A stretch of DNA of 62,821 nt, the filler included, from Candidatus Woesearchaeota archaeon (lineage in GTDB: Archaea > Nanobdellota > Nanobdellia > Woesearchaeales > CAZJJJ01): the NCBI GenBank assembly GCA_046538795.1. It is 8 parts of 8 records of this genome, joined end to end, with 100 filler letters (N's around TTAATTAATTAA, not from the genome) between each part and the next. Parts side by side here need not be neighbours in the genome. Positions count along the whole stretch, not along the records: positions 1 to 4,410 come from JBKHIF010000085.1; positions 4,511 to 8,893 come from JBKHIF010000087.1; positions 8,994 to 27,412 come from JBKHIF010000024.1; 5 more parts are not named here. One strand, 5' to 3'. Made by a program: the position numbers and the translations under genes. Shown in pieces: positions 1 to 10,119 of the stretch. Under the pieces are notes generated by a model. The model was given only the letters and a program-made list of their open reading frames with translations. It ran no database searches and had not been told where the DNA came from. Position 1 is the stretch's first letter, and every line of letters starts with the position of its first letter.

Positions 1-93
1 CATAAATTTTAATATATTATACATCCCCATTTATATACAACTAAACCTACTTAATAATTAGAAGTAGTAAGAGAATTAAACCGAATATTATAT

Positions 94-290
94 TCCCTCC
101 AAAGGCTTAATATTCTATTTCGCTTCTTGTATTCTAAGGACTTGACCTGTCTTATAACCAAAATTAAAGGTTCAACCAAAGAAATTTGATAACACAAATT
201 TCTAGCATGAAAATCTAAGATTTTCATATCCCTCCAAAGGCTTACATGAAATGGAAAATTTGGGAGGTTCCAAAAAATCCCTTGAAATTT
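94..290. repeat. Palindrome-rich intergenic element (REP/MITE-like family member)
   Basis: 16-nt direct repeat TCCCTCCAAAGGCTTA at 94-109 and 229-244; perfect hairpin ATGAAAATC-TAA-GATTTTCAT at 207-227; blocks (AGGCTTAATAT..TATTT, CCAAAAAATCC..TTGAAATTT) shared with 60941-61070. Confidence 0.55.
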
Positions 291-321
291 CTGATATTTC
301 TAAAAGCTTTCATGATTAATC

Positions 322-2703
322 TTAAGAACTTTCATATATTCTTCTCAAAAATTTATTTTTGATGATATCTGTTTTCTTGTAAAGTATCAACCCAATAAAA
401 TAAATAATAATCAATACAAATACAATCTTGGCAACAACCATGCCCCGTTTCCATGACTTAGGCATGAAATCAAACCTAATGCTTTCTTCACTTCCATCCA
501 GTATGACTCCGGTGAGAACTCCATTAGCTGCATAATAATCAATCTTTCCTCCATCCTGATCAATACCTGTCCATCCCTCATATAGTGTATATTTCTCAGA
601 CAAAAACAACAATCCTTTTTTATCCTGTAAAGAAACTTCAAGAGTATTGGGATCTGAATCATAATATTTTGTTATCTCAACTTTTTCATACCTGCTCTCA
701 TTAAGAGAGTTGATTTCATTGAACATATCTTCAACCAAAGCAACATCAAGACTACCCTCTCCTGAAGTAATATCAGGCAACACTCTTCCTCCCTTGTCTG
801 AATACATTCCAAGTAAAGAAATATCTGATTGGGCATCAAGAGATCCAGGGAGAAGGACAATACCATAAAAAGTAGATAATTCCTGCAAAGTAAAATCACT
901 TATACTTTTATCTGCTGCAAAAACAATAGCGGTTTTGTTAAAATCAAAATAGCTCTGCATCATGGAATAATAACCAAACTGCAAAACATTATCGTAATTT
1001 CCTATAATCAAAACAGGATTTTTGTAGTAAACAGCTCTTGGCATACTGAACTTATGTCTATATACCATGCCTTCTTCACCATAATCAGGAGTAACACGAA
1101 GGCCATCTTTTCCTCCATTTGTAAAATTGCCTACATACTCAACATATGATAAATTCAACTCCTGAGATGAAAGAATATATTTAATATTAAACATGCCCAT
1201 AAGCTCTGGCCTTGAAAGAATTACGCCCAAAAAATTATGAAAATACCTGGAATCCCAGACAGCAGCCAATGCTCCATAAGGAGATTCAAGATCGTGATAT
1301 ATCAACGGGGGTGTTATCTCATGATAATCAACACCTCTTATCTCAATCATATGTATCCTGTATATAGATTCATCATCCAATACAGAAGGAAGATCAAAAT
1401 TCCTTACCAGATCATGATTTATTCCCCCATGCCTTAAGGATATTCCTCCTTTCAGAAAAATAAACATTCCAATTGCCAAAATAAGTATCGCATATTTCAT
1501 TGATAACTTAAGCAGATTTCTGTGGGATGAAATTTTCTTAGAAACCAAATCACATAATCCCTTAAAACCATAACCTGCCGCAATAGCTCCAAATATAAGT
1601 CCTGTAGAAAAAATTCTTATTATGGCTTTTTGGCTCTTGAAAAAAGGAAGATTATCATAGAAAAATCTCGCCATAAATCCACCGGCTACAAGCACATAGG
1701 CAATATATACAATTCCCAAAAACCATATCTTTATGCTTTTTTTCCTATAGGCATAATACAATGCAAAAACAAATAAGATGTGACCTACAATATTAAAACT
1801 TGAATTCTTTGACCCTGAAAGGATAAAAAATTCATTGATATTTTCAAAAGATGGCCTGTCGTCTGAATAAAGAACCTGGTCAAAAGGAAGCCCTGAAGAA
1901 CGGTCAGTATAATTGACAAAATCAAGGAAAAACAACAATCGAAAAGAACTAAGACCAAAAAAAACAAATGCAACTATAATAACGATTTTAAGCATTTTTA
2001 CAAGATTTTTTGGACTGAATTTCAAAACAGGAAACTTTCGTAAATCAATTATTTTCGTGAATATGTATAGCAGGCCAAATAACATAAAAAAGAAGATCTG
2101 GTAATATAGATGCACAACTCCGCCCAAAAACTGCGCTGCAAATGACAATCCAAGCAAAACAGAATAAAAAACATATTTCTTAGAACTAACAGACTTAAAC
2201 AATAAGTATATGTTGAGAGGAGTGAAAGCAAAACCAAAAAGCATCCATGTATGACCAAAAGTTGAGTACAAAGTATTTGATGTCAGCAACACAGCCAAGG
2301 AAACAACAACCGCAGAAAGATCTTTTAAAAATAATCTTGAAAGAAGAAAAAATCCGGTAAAAAATATCGCCATATAAGCAATTCTTGAAAGCGACACAGC
2401 ACTCAAAGAATCAACAATATAATTAAGCGCTATCAGAACAGGACTCGTCATCATATTTGCTATATTTCCTGCAGGCCAGCCCCCATTAAGATTATGTATC
2501 CAAAGCTGAAACTCTCCGTCTTCTATCAGACTCTTGTGTATCAAGATGCTTGGAGGAACATCATGCCTGCTTTCATCACCATGATAAGGCATTACTCCTG
2601 GAATAAAATAAGAAGTAAAGATGAAAAACATCATCAAAAAAGCAATGATGAAAAACTCATATTTTTCCCATCTTGAAATTTTGTTCTTTTTTTTATCCAT
2701 CAA
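322..2703 (-). CDS. Multi-pass membrane protein, YfhO-like / GT-C-type glycosyltransferase
   Basis: About 12 TM segments; N-terminal W..NLNGGWP loop; 'GMFNIKYI', 'LFLSEKY..YEGW', 'ANG' and a C-terminal TM helix, all typical of YfhO-like proteins. Confidence 0.65.
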   Translation of the reverse strand: MMDKKKNKISRWEKYEFFIIAFLMMFFIFTSYFIPGVMPYHGDESRHDVPPSILIHKSLIEDGEFQLWIHNLNGGWPAGNIANMMTSPVLIALNYIVDSLSAVSLSRIAYMAIFFTGFFLLSRLFLKDLSAVVVSLAVLLTSNTLYSTFGHTWMLFGFAFTPLNIYLLFKSVSSKKYVFYSVLLGLSFAAQFLGGVVHLYYQIFFFMLFGLLYIFTKIIDLRKFPVLKFSPKNLVKMLKIVIIVAFVFFGLSSFRLLFFLDFVNYTDRSSGLPFDQVLYSDDRPSFENINEFFILSGSKNSSFNIVGHILFVFALYYAYRKKSIKIWFLGIVYIAYVLVAGGFMARFFYDNLPFFKSQKAIIRIFSTGLIFGAIAAGYGFKGLCDLVSKKISSHRNLLKLSMKYAILILAIGMFIFLKGGISLRHGGINHDLVRNFDLPSVLDDESIYRIHMIEIRGVDYHEITPPLIYHDLESPYGALAAVWDSRYFHNFLGVILSRPELMGMFNIKYILSSQELNLSYVEYVGNFTNGGKDGLRVTPDYGEEGMVYRHKFSMPRAVYYKNPVLIIGNYDNVLQFGYYSMMQSYFDFNKTAIVFAADKSISDFTLQELSTFYGIVLLPGSLDAQSDISLLGMYSDKGGRVLPDITSGEGSLDVALVEDMFNEINSLNESRYEKVEITKYYDSDPNTLEVSLQDKKGLLFLSEKYTLYEGWTGIDQDGGKIDYYAANGVLTGVILDGSEESIRFDFMPKSWKRGMVVAKIVFVLIIIYFIGLILYKKTDIIKNKFLRRIYESS

Positions 2704-2749
2704 AACACAGAATCATCGAATAATTAATAAGTTTTTCCAGAATCAGGAT

Positions 2750-4195
2750 TTAGTTCTTGATATAGCCGCTTTCAAAATATTCTTTTTCTGAACCTACATC
2801 ATCAAGATTATATTTCCTGTTTTCAATAATACTTCTTGCTGCAAGTATGCCCATTTCAAGAGAATGATCCTGATTTGTGTATTGAAATCTTCCAGGTCTC
2901 CCAATATAATAAAGATTATCAAACTTGTCCAGATACTCCTTTATTACCTTGATATTATCAGGATAATCAATATCATATACAGGATAGACAAATTTTTTCC
3001 TAAATACATAATAATTTCTTACCTCATCTTTTGAAAACAGCTTTAGTTTTTCAAAATGTTTCATGGCAAGATCAAAAACTTCCTTCTTGCTCCGGTTCCA
3101 CATAGAATCTCCTTTTGTTACAAAAAATTCCACGAATAAAGAGGTCTTGCCTTCAGGACTCATATCTTTGCTAAAATTTTTCATCTCTGCTATTCTTCCA
3201 AAAGGAATTTCACTGTTAGGAAAATATATCCAGTTGTCATCTGTTATCTTTTCTTTGTCCAAAGTAATAAAAAGATATATCTGCGCTCTCCATTTAAGAC
3301 TTTTTGCCGCCTCAAAAACATCAGCAGAAGGTCTTGGATTCATGAGCTTAATAAACTCAGTTATAGGAACAGAACTCACAACATCAGAGGGCTGGACTAA
3401 TCTTTTTTTGCCTTTCATATCAATCTCAATTTTTGTAATCTTTTCGCCATCATGAAATATCTTGGTGGGACGAGATTCTGTGCTTATGCTTGTACCGACT
3501 TTTTTTATCTTTTCTGCAATTGTTTCATATATAAGTCCAGTACCATACTGAGGATAATAAAATTGATCCACAAGAGATTTGGGGCCTTCTTTACCCTTTT
3601 TCTTGAAAATAGCATCTATGACAGCTGAACGAAGGTTAAGTCCTTTAATCCTTTGGCGTGCCCAATCAGGATGAATATACCTGCAATCAAGACCCCATAT
3701 TTTCTCAGTGTAATTAAGCATGTTAAATTCACCGAGTTTTCTTCCGAAGTTTGCAACAATATAATCTTCAAAATTATTGATCTTTTTTTTGAAAACACGA
3801 TACTTTATAACTGAAGCGAAATATGACAAACCCATCCCTGTTGCTCTTATAAGCCCTATATTTCTGAAAGCCTGCATGGCATTTATCGGATAATCATAAT
3901 ATTTTCCATCAATAAACTGCCTTGTCTGCCTTTTGACAACTTTCCATTTTTCATCAAGCAAGTCTTCGATAAAATCATACAGATATTTATTCTTAGAAAA
4001 AAATCTGTGAGGGCCAATATCTGTCCTGAATAAAAGCCCCCCCTCATCAATTTCAAAAGTCTTGGCCAATCCCCCAATTCTTTTGTTCTTTTCTATGATC
4101 GCAGAAACCTTGCCTGCCTTATGCAATTCCATAGCACAGGCCATCCCTGCAGGCCCTCCGCCTAAGATGAGTATCTCACTATTTGAACCAGCCAT
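2750..4195 (-). CDS. FAD-dependent oxidoreductase (HemY/UDP-galactopyranose-mutase-like, glycan-locus type)
   Basis: N-terminal GGGPAG Rossmann motif, 'IGGLAKT', 'DIGPHRFFSK', C-terminal 'GRPGRFQYTNQDHS'. Confidence 0.8.
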   Translation of the reverse strand: MAGSNSEILILGGGPAGMACAMELHKAGKVSAIIEKNKRIGGLAKTFEIDEGGLLFRTDIGPHRFFSKNKYLYDFIEDLLDEKWKVVKRQTRQFIDGKYYDYPINAMQAFRNIGLIRATGMGLSYFASVIKYRVFKKKINNFEDYIVANFGRKLGEFNMLNYTEKIWGLDCRYIHPDWARQRIKGLNLRSAVIDAIFKKKGKEGPKSLVDQFYYPQYGTGLIYETIAEKIKKVGTSISTESRPTKIFHDGEKITKIEIDMKGKKRLVQPSDVVSSVPITEFIKLMNPRPSADVFEAAKSLKWRAQIYLFITLDKEKITDDNWIYFPNSEIPFGRIAEMKNFSKDMSPEGKTSLFVEFFVTKGDSMWNRSKKEVFDLAMKHFEKLKLFSKDEVRNYYVFRKKFVYPVYDIDYPDNIKVIKEYLDKFDNLYYIGRPGRFQYTNQDHSLEMGILAARSIIENRKYNLDDVGSEKEYFESGYIKN

Positions 4196-4357
4196 ATTTG
4201 TTGGAGAAATATCGATAATTTATAAGTGCTTTGATTAAATATATATCATAAATCTCAACTACCTTCAATCAAGTCTAAATCAAAAATAATGCTTTCCAAA
4301 AGCCATGTTATGCAAAGAGAACACTTTTTGTTGAATAAAGAAAATCACTGCTCAGGC

Positions 4358-4410
4358 CTATTAGAAATTTAAAAAATTCCTAATCCCTAAAACTGAAAGT
4401 CTTAGATATC
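4358..4410. repeat. Palindromic repeat copy A (truncated at contig end)
   Basis: 53 nt identical but for one base to 8994-9046; contains two hairpins. Confidence 0.85.
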
Positions 4411-4510
4411 NNNNNNNNNNNNNNNNNNNNNNNNNNNNNNNNNNNNNNNNNNNNTTAATTAATTAANNNNNNNNNNNNNNNNNNNNNNNNNNNNNNNNNN
4501 NNNNNNNNNN
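4411..4510. other. Artificial contig linker
   Basis: 44 N + TTAATTAATTAA (stops in all frames) + 44 N. Confidence 0.98.
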
Positions 4511-4567
4511 CAATAATTGACACACCTTTGTGCTACCTTGGCGTAAAGTAGCTTAAAAATAATAAGA

Positions 4568-5881
4568 TCATCGATCATAAACCATCCCAAGCATATATAT
4601 CGATCCTATAACCAGTATGCAATCCTTCTCACCTGCTTTTTCTTTGGCAAATACTAAAGCTTTGTTTGGATCTTGAAATTCTCCCAAAACATGAAACCCG
4701 TGCTCTCGTGCCTTTATCGCAAGCTCTTGCGCAGGAAAAGGTTTGAAATCAGACTGTGACAAGATTATCTCGTCTGTCTTCTGTTTCAACAAAGAAAGCA
4801 TCTTTTCGATCTCTTTATCTTTAGAGAATCCAACTACAGGAATAAGGTTTTCAAAATCAAATCTATCCAAACTTTCCATCGATTTTTGGAACCCTTCAAT
4901 ATTATGGCCGCAATCAAATATGATCAAGGGATTTTCAGAGATAATCTCGAAACGACCTCTCCATTTCACCTTCTCCAGGCCCTTTCTTATAACATTTTCA
5001 TCCATATCAGCAAACAGTGATTCGATAACCCTCACGGCAAGGGCAGCATTCTCTGCCTGAAAATGACCTATCAAAGGCACTTTTAAAGAATTCAAATGTT
5101 TTTTACCGACATAATCAAACACCTGTCCATATTTTTCATCAAAAATATTCTCAAGCTTAAAATCTTCTTCCAACAATTCAAAATGAGATTTTTTATCTTT
5201 ACAGTAATCTCTTGCAAAATCAATGAGATTTTTCTCATTTAGCGCACAGATAAGTTTTTTCCCCTTTTTGACAATCCCAAGCTTCTCACGAAGTATCTTT
5301 TCTTTAGTATCGCCAAGATAATCCATGTGATCCATGGAAATAGAAGTAATGACGGTTATCTCAGGAAAAACAACATTTGTCGCATCAAGTCTTCCTCCCA
5401 GACCAGTCTCAAGAACCACATAGTCCGTCTTTTTCTGAGAAAAATATAGGAATGCAAGAGCTGTAGTAAACTCAAAGAATGTCGGTTCAAGCTGAGTTTC
5501 ATTTTTTGAATTATGATCATCAAATCTTAACTTTATTTCATCTATAAGAGATGAAAGTTCCTCATCATTTATGAAATAATCATCAACCATTATCCGTTCA
5601 TTAAATCTTACAAGATGTGGAGATGTATAAAGGCCGACACTCAATCCCTTTTCTCTAAGAATCGAATATATCATCTTAGCAGTTGAACCTTTGCCGTTTG
5701 TACCTGCGATATGTATCGATCTAAAGGAATCTTGAGGATTTCCCAACAGATCACAAAGCTTTTTGATCCTTTCAAGTCCAAAATTGATCGAACCAACACC
5801 CAAAGAATACATCCAGGCAATCTTGCCCTTCCCCATGGAGTATATTTTTTCCAGTTTAGAATCAAGATCTTTCATCTGCAA
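4568..5881 (-). CDS. folC: Folylpolyglutamate synthase / dihydrofolate synthase
   Basis: HIAGTNGKGS P-loop, YTSPHL, FNERI, ETGLGGRLDATN, WRGRFE, DCGHN. Confidence 0.95.
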   Translation of the reverse strand: MQMKDLDSKLEKIYSMGKGKIAWMYSLGVGSINFGLERIKKLCDLLGNPQDSFRSIHIAGTNGKGSTAKMIYSILREKGLSVGLYTSPHLVRFNERIMVDDYFINDEELSSLIDEIKLRFDDHNSKNETQLEPTFFEFTTALAFLYFSQKKTDYVVLETGLGGRLDATNVVFPEITVITSISMDHMDYLGDTKEKILREKLGIVKKGKKLICALNEKNLIDFARDYCKDKKSHFELLEEDFKLENIFDEKYGQVFDYVGKKHLNSLKVPLIGHFQAENAALAVRVIESLFADMDENVIRKGLEKVKWRGRFEIISENPLIIFDCGHNIEGFQKSMESLDRFDFENLIPVVGFSKDKEIEKMLSLLKQKTDEIILSQSDFKPFPAQELAIKAREHGFHVLGEFQDPNKALVFAKEKAGEKDCILVIGSIYMLGMVYDR

Positions 5882-6351
5882 ACAATCTCCCTTTTTTCAG
5901 TCAAAATAATATCCACAGGCACATCCCATGAATTGCAGCTGAGTTCTTTTTTAATATTTTCTTCTTTAGACAATGCAATGATTGGCTTTTTTTCCTTAAT
6001 ATCTTCCAGAAACCTGTCAAAATATCCAAGACCTCTTCCTTTTCTGTTGCCTTTTTCATCAAATGTTTTTCCAGGGACTACAAAAACATCTATTTCCTCT
6101 TTAGGAACAATTACGTTTGTCTTTGGCTCTAGGATTCCGTATGCGCCCCTTTCAAGATCAGAAAGAGCTGTTATACCCTGACAGACCATCTGTCTTTTTT
6201 CAACAATGCACCTTGGAACAACCACAGTTTTTCCAATCTTCAGAAAATCATTTATAATATCTATGGTTGGTAACTCATCATCTTTTGAAACATATATGAA
6301 TATCACCTTATCCTCTTTCACAATATCTTTAAGGCGTTTTTCGTAGAACAT
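5872..6351 (-). CDS. ygfA: 5-formyltetrahydrofolate cyclo-ligase (short form)
   Basis: 'YGILEP', 'VVPG..FD..GNRKGRGLGYFDRFL', 'WDVPVD' motifs; overlaps folC. Confidence 0.9.
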   Translation of the reverse strand: MFYEKRLKDIVKEDKVIFIYVSKDDELPTIDIINDFLKIGKTVVVPRCIVEKRQMVCQGITALSDLERGAYGILEPKTNVIVPKEEIDVFVVPGKTFDEKGNRKGRGLGYFDRFLEDIKEKKPIIALSKEENIKKELSCNSWDVPVDIILTEKREIVCR

Positions 6352-6464
6352 CTCTTAATAGAACAACATTTCTAATATAAATTTTGTGCAGATAATTATT
6401 TTCAATATAGAAACTAAATAAGCTTAAGAAATCTTTTTATATCATATAGATAACCTTATTTTTC

Positions 6465-7697
6465 ATGGTACACATATATTCTCCTGATACAAAAACATTT
6501 GAAATAATAGATAAAGAAAAACAGCGCCAAAACAACAACATAGAACTCATAGCTTCTGAAAATTTTGTCTCAGAACAGGTCATGAAAGCTGTCGGTTCTG
6601 TTCTAACAAATAAGTATGCAGAAGGATATCCTAAATCAAGATATTATGGCGGCTGCGAATTTATTGATGAAGTCGAATCTCTTGCAATCGAAAGAGCAAA
6701 AAAACTATTTGGTGCAGAACATGCAAATGTCCAGCCTCATTCAGGAAGCCAGGCAAACCAGGCAGTATTTATGGCGGCACTCAAACCAGGAGATAGAATA
6801 TTAAGCATGGATCTTAGTCATGGAGGACATCTAAGCCATGGGATGAAAATCAATTTCAGCGGCAGATTTTATGAAATATTTCATTACGGTATAAATGATG
6901 ATGGCCAAATTGATTATGAAGATGTAAGAAAAAGAGCTCAAATAGTAAAGCCAAAACTCATCATTGCAGGTGCATCTGCGTATCCAAGATCCATCAATTT
7001 TAAGAAATTCAGAGAGATCGCTGATGAGGTTGATGCTCTTCTTCTTGTCGATATGGCGCATATTGCAGGTCTTGTTGCAGCAGGACTTCATCCAGATCCA
7101 GTACCTCATGCACACTTTGTAACAACAACTACCCACAAAACATTAAGAGGTCCAAGAGGAGGAATGATACTTTGCAAAGAAGAATTTGCAAAAAAGATAG
7201 ATTCAGCTATTTTTCCAGGACTGCAAGGCGGGCCATTAGAACATGTGATTGCAGGAAAAGCAGTCTGTTTCCATGAAGCATTAAAATCAGAATTCAAAGA
7301 CTATCAGGAGCAGATAGTAAAGAACGCTGCAAGGCTTGCAGAAACTCTTATCGCTAATGGAATAAATCTTGTTTCAAAAGGAACAGACAATCATCTTATG
7401 CTTCTTGATCTCAGGAATCTGGAAATAACCGGCAAAGAAGCAGAAACAGTTCTTGAAAGTGCAGGAATAACAACAAACAAAAATGCAGTTCCAAACGATC
7501 CAAGGCCTCCAAAAGTAACTTCAGGAATAAGGATAGGAACTCCTGCAGTAACAACCAGAGGCATGAAAGAAGAGGATATGGAAATCATAGGAAAAATAAT
7601 CGCAGATGTTCTTAAGAATCCTGAAAATAAGGATATAATTGAAGAATCAGGGGAAAAAGCGCTGGGTTTATGCGAAAAGTTTCCGTTGTATGAATGA
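6465..7697 (+). CDS. glyA: Serine hydroxymethyltransferase (bacterial THF type)
   Basis: [43 protein letters not shown] (PLP lysine). Confidence 0.97.
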   Translation: MVHIYSPDTKTFEIIDKEKQRQNNNIELIASENFVSEQVMKAVGSVLTNKYAEGYPKSRYYGGCEFIDEVESLAIERAKKLFGAEHANVQPHSGSQANQAVFMAALKPGDRILSMDLSHGGHLSHGMKINFSGRFYEIFHYGINDDGQIDYEDVRKRAQIVKPKLIIAGASAYPRSINFKKFREIADEVDALLLVDMAHIAGLVAAGLHPDPVPHAHFVTTTTHKTLRGPRGGMILCKEEFAKKIDSAIFPGLQGGPLEHVIAGKAVCFHEALKSEFKDYQEQIVKNAARLAETLIANGINLVSKGTDNHLMLLDLRNLEITGKEAETVLESAGITTNKNAVPNDPRPPKVTSGIRIGTPAVTTRGMKEEDMEIIGKIIADVLKNPENKDIIEESGEKALGLCEKFPLYE

Positions 7698-7729
7698 TTG
7701 ACCTGTGAAAATCACTCTATTTCATTGTT

Positions 7730-8446
7730 TTAATCATAAATCCCTTTAAAATTATTCATCTTTATCTTTATTATCTCATTTAGCATAGAAATAGAGCTCT
7801 TCAGGGGACTTATTTTGCTCCTAAGGTCATTTTTCCAGGTAACAGGCACTTCTTTTATCATATGGCCTGATTTTTTGGCAATGAACAATAATTCTACATC
7901 AAATGCCCAGCCATCTATTGTTTGTTTTTCAAAGATGTCTTTTATGACTGACTTTCGAAACATCTTGAATCCGCATTGAGTGTCATGAAAATCCGGAAGA
8001 ACAAGCAATCTGACAATAACAGGAAATATTTTTCCCGGTATTCTCCTGTACCACGGCTGCTTTACCACGATCCTTGAATTTTTCATGCCTCTTGATCCAA
8101 AAATAATATCATATTTTTTAGTATATTTTTCAAATTTGTTCAGGTCTTCAATAGGAGTTGACAGATCAGCATCAGAAAATAAGACCCAATCCTTTCTTGC
8201 GTGAAGCATGCCGTTTTTCACAGAATAACCTTTTCCCTTGTTTCCGGGGTTGTTTATGAGTTTCACATGGCTATGCTGTTTAGAAAAATAATCAACCATC
8301 TTTTCAGTATCATCAGTGCTTCCGTCATTCACAACAATGATCTCAAAATCAAACTTGTTTTTCAATAGAAAATCATGCACTTTTTCAAGAGTCTTAAGTA
8401 TTCTTTTCTCTTCATCATATGCAGGAATTACAAGGCTTAAGTTCAT
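7730..8446 (-). CDS. GT2 dolichyl-phosphate glucosyl/mannosyltransferase
   Basis: VIPAYDE, VNDGSTD, NKGKG, FSDADLS, DTQCGFK, FDVELL. Confidence 0.9.
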   Translation of the reverse strand: MNLSLVIPAYDEEKRILKTLEKVHDFLLKNKFDFEIIVVNDGSTDDTEKMVDYFSKQHSHVKLINNPGNKGKGYSVKNGMLHARKDWVLFSDADLSTPIEDLNKFEKYTKKYDIIFGSRGMKNSRIVVKQPWYRRIPGKIFPVIVRLLVLPDFHDTQCGFKMFRKSVIKDIFEKQTIDGWAFDVELLFIAKKSGHMIKEVPVTWKNDLRSKISPLKSSISMLNEIIKIKMNNFKGIYD

Positions 8447-8464
8447 TTTTTATTCTCTTGATAA

Positions 8465-8518
8465 AATAACTAATAATGATAATAATAGTAATAATGATAA
8501 TGATAATGATAATAATAA
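8465..8518. repeat. AAT/GAT trinucleotide low-complexity tract
   Basis: aataatgataataatagtaataatgataatgataatgataataataa in the intergenic gap. Confidence 0.7.
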
Positions 8519-8530
8519 CGCCAGCAGTTA

Positions 8531-8893
8531 TCATGCCAGCTGAAGCACTATGAGTGGCTGCTCAAAAATTGCCGACCTGAAAAGTCCTGAAGATCCCATT
8601 TCTTCAAGTTTTGCATTTGTTGCATTAAGGCCATAATCATTAATGCATGCTGAATCAAAAAGAAGATACTGATAACCTTCACTTTTAAGAAAATCATAGA
8701 TATTTCCTGCACTTTGATTAAACATCTGAATCTTGTAATCTCTCCAATGATTCTCCTGCCAAAATATGTTATGATGACCTAACCCGATTATCCTCTCCTC
8801 ATACATGCCAAAAGGCGTAGAATAGCATAATGAGTATATAGGTGAATTCATAGGGAGGCTCCTAAGCGCAGTGTGAGCAAACATCTCCTGCTG
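8531..8893 (-). CDS. C-terminal fragment of a hypothetical (probably glycosylation-related) protein, 5' end lost at contig gap
   Basis: Frame open up to the N-linker; 'YDFLKSEGYQYLLFD' resembles C-terminal domains of archaeal GT-C proteins. Confidence 0.5.
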   Translation of the reverse strand, partial: QQEMFAHTALRSLPMNSPIYSLCYSTPFGMYEERIIGLGHHNIFWQENHWRDYKIQMFNQSAGNIYDFLKSEGYQYLLFDSACINDYGLNATNAKLEEMGSSGLFRSAIFEQPLIVLQLA

Positions 8894-8993
8894 NNNNNNN
8901 NNNNNNNNNNNNNNNNNNNNNNNNNNNNNNNNNNNNNTTAATTAATTAANNNNNNNNNNNNNNNNNNNNNNNNNNNNNNNNNNNNNNNNNNNN
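8894..8993. other. Artificial contig linker
   Basis: N-run with TTAATTAATTAA. Confidence 0.98.
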
Positions 8994-9070
8994 CTATTAG
9001 AAATTTAAAAAATTTCTAATCCCTAAAACTGAAAGTCTTAGATATCCCTACACTGAAGTGTGGAGTATTA
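8994..9070. repeat. Palindromic repeat copy B (three tandem hairpins)
   Basis: ATTAGAAATTT-AAA-AAATTTCTAAT; CTAAAACT-GAA-AGTCTTAG; TCCCTACAC-TGAA-GTGTGGAG; first 53 nt match 4358-4410. Confidence 0.85.
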
Positions 9071-9175
9071 CGGCTTTCACCAAGACGTGATTTTCTAATT
9101 GAAAACTTCTCGAGTCACATCATCGTGCTTAAGCACCAAGTATTGCCTCGAGTTTTCAATAAAGAAAATAAAGGC

Positions 9176-9709
9176 CTATTCTTCAGTCTCCTCGCCATCA
9201 CGCCTTATGACTTTTATTGCATCCATCTTAAGTGTGATAGGTATTGGTACAGCTGAATCAAGAAGCTCGACAACAACATCTTCTTTTGACTTGTCAAGCC
9301 TTGTGATTTTTGCCTTCTCTCTCTTGAAAGGTCCTGAGATGATTTCAACGATATCGTTCTTCTGGATGTTGACTTCTTTCTTGACCTGTTCAAGCAGATG
9401 TTCTATTTCTTTATAATCGACAGGCGCAGGCAGTATTCCTCTTGCATAAGGCACGCTGTATGCTGCCTGCTCTGCATCTGTCTTTGTAGCAGCCTCAAGA
9501 AATATATAGCCTCTCATACCGTGAGGTCTTATCACTGAATAAACATCAAGTTTTTTCTTCTGCACATTGCTTATAAGAAAATCCATGACCTGGTCTTCCC
9601 TGTTTGCAGTTGTCCTTAATGCAAATATAGCCGGTGCATCATCTTTTTCTTCAACAGACGGTTTTACGTCTTCATCTGATAATTCATGCTTTTTTTCTGC
9701 TTCAGTCAT
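9176..9709 (-). CDS. spt5: Transcription elongation factor Spt5 (NusG)
   Basis: NGN domain 'LRTTANRE..RGYIFLEA' and KOW 'DIVEIISGPFKREKAKI'; ATG at 9709 preferred over TTG at 9718. Confidence 0.95.
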   Translation of the reverse strand: MTEAEKKHELSDEDVKPSVEEKDDAPAIFALRTTANREDQVMDFLISNVQKKKLDVYSVIRPHGMRGYIFLEAATKTDAEQAAYSVPYARGILPAPVDYKEIEHLLEQVKKEVNIQKNDIVEIISGPFKREKAKITRLDKSKEDVVVELLDSAVPIPITLKMDAIKVIRRDGEETEE

Positions 9710-9736
9710 ATTAATCAACCTAAACTTAAATAATGC

Positions 9737-9901
9737 CTAAAATATAACCTGTCTTAACACTTGTATCAGGAAACCAAGCATACCGATAATTATGATGCCC
9801 AAACCTGAAACCTTGACTATGGTCTTATATTCTTCTTTTGTAGGCTTTTTTGTTATTTTCAAGACACGCATACTTTCTTTAATAAATTGCTTCAGAGCCA
9901 T
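9737..9901 (-). CDS. secE: Protein translocase SecE/Sec61-gamma
   Basis: 'RVLKITKKPTKEEY...GLGIIIIGMLGFLI'; directly upstream of spt5; probable start ATG at 9901. Confidence 0.93.
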   Translation of the reverse strand: MALKQFIKESMRVLKITKKPTKEEYKTIVKVSGLGIIIIGMLGFLIQVLRQVIF

Positions 9902-10119
9902 TTTATTTTCATACTCGTTTTTATATATAAAAGTTGGCATGTAAAACATGCACAAGTGGTCTTTTAACTAGGTAGTGAATCTCTTACCCAGAAAATTAAG
10001 AATAAAAAACAGATGGTTATTTATAAAGATTTTGGTTAATTGATGACCTGTCTGTTATCCCGAAACTATTTACATGCTGCACCAGTATTTGTATTTTGGT
10101 TGTGTTTTTTGCTAAATTT

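Noticed and set aside
94..244. 16-nt direct repeat as a possible CRISPR remnant
   Set aside because: Only two copies 135 nt apart and no cas genes; better explained as part of the palindromic element family
8316..8543. Plus-strand ORF with a poly-Asn/Asp run
   Set aside because: Antisense to the GT2 gene; the run merely reflects an intergenic AAT/GAT tract
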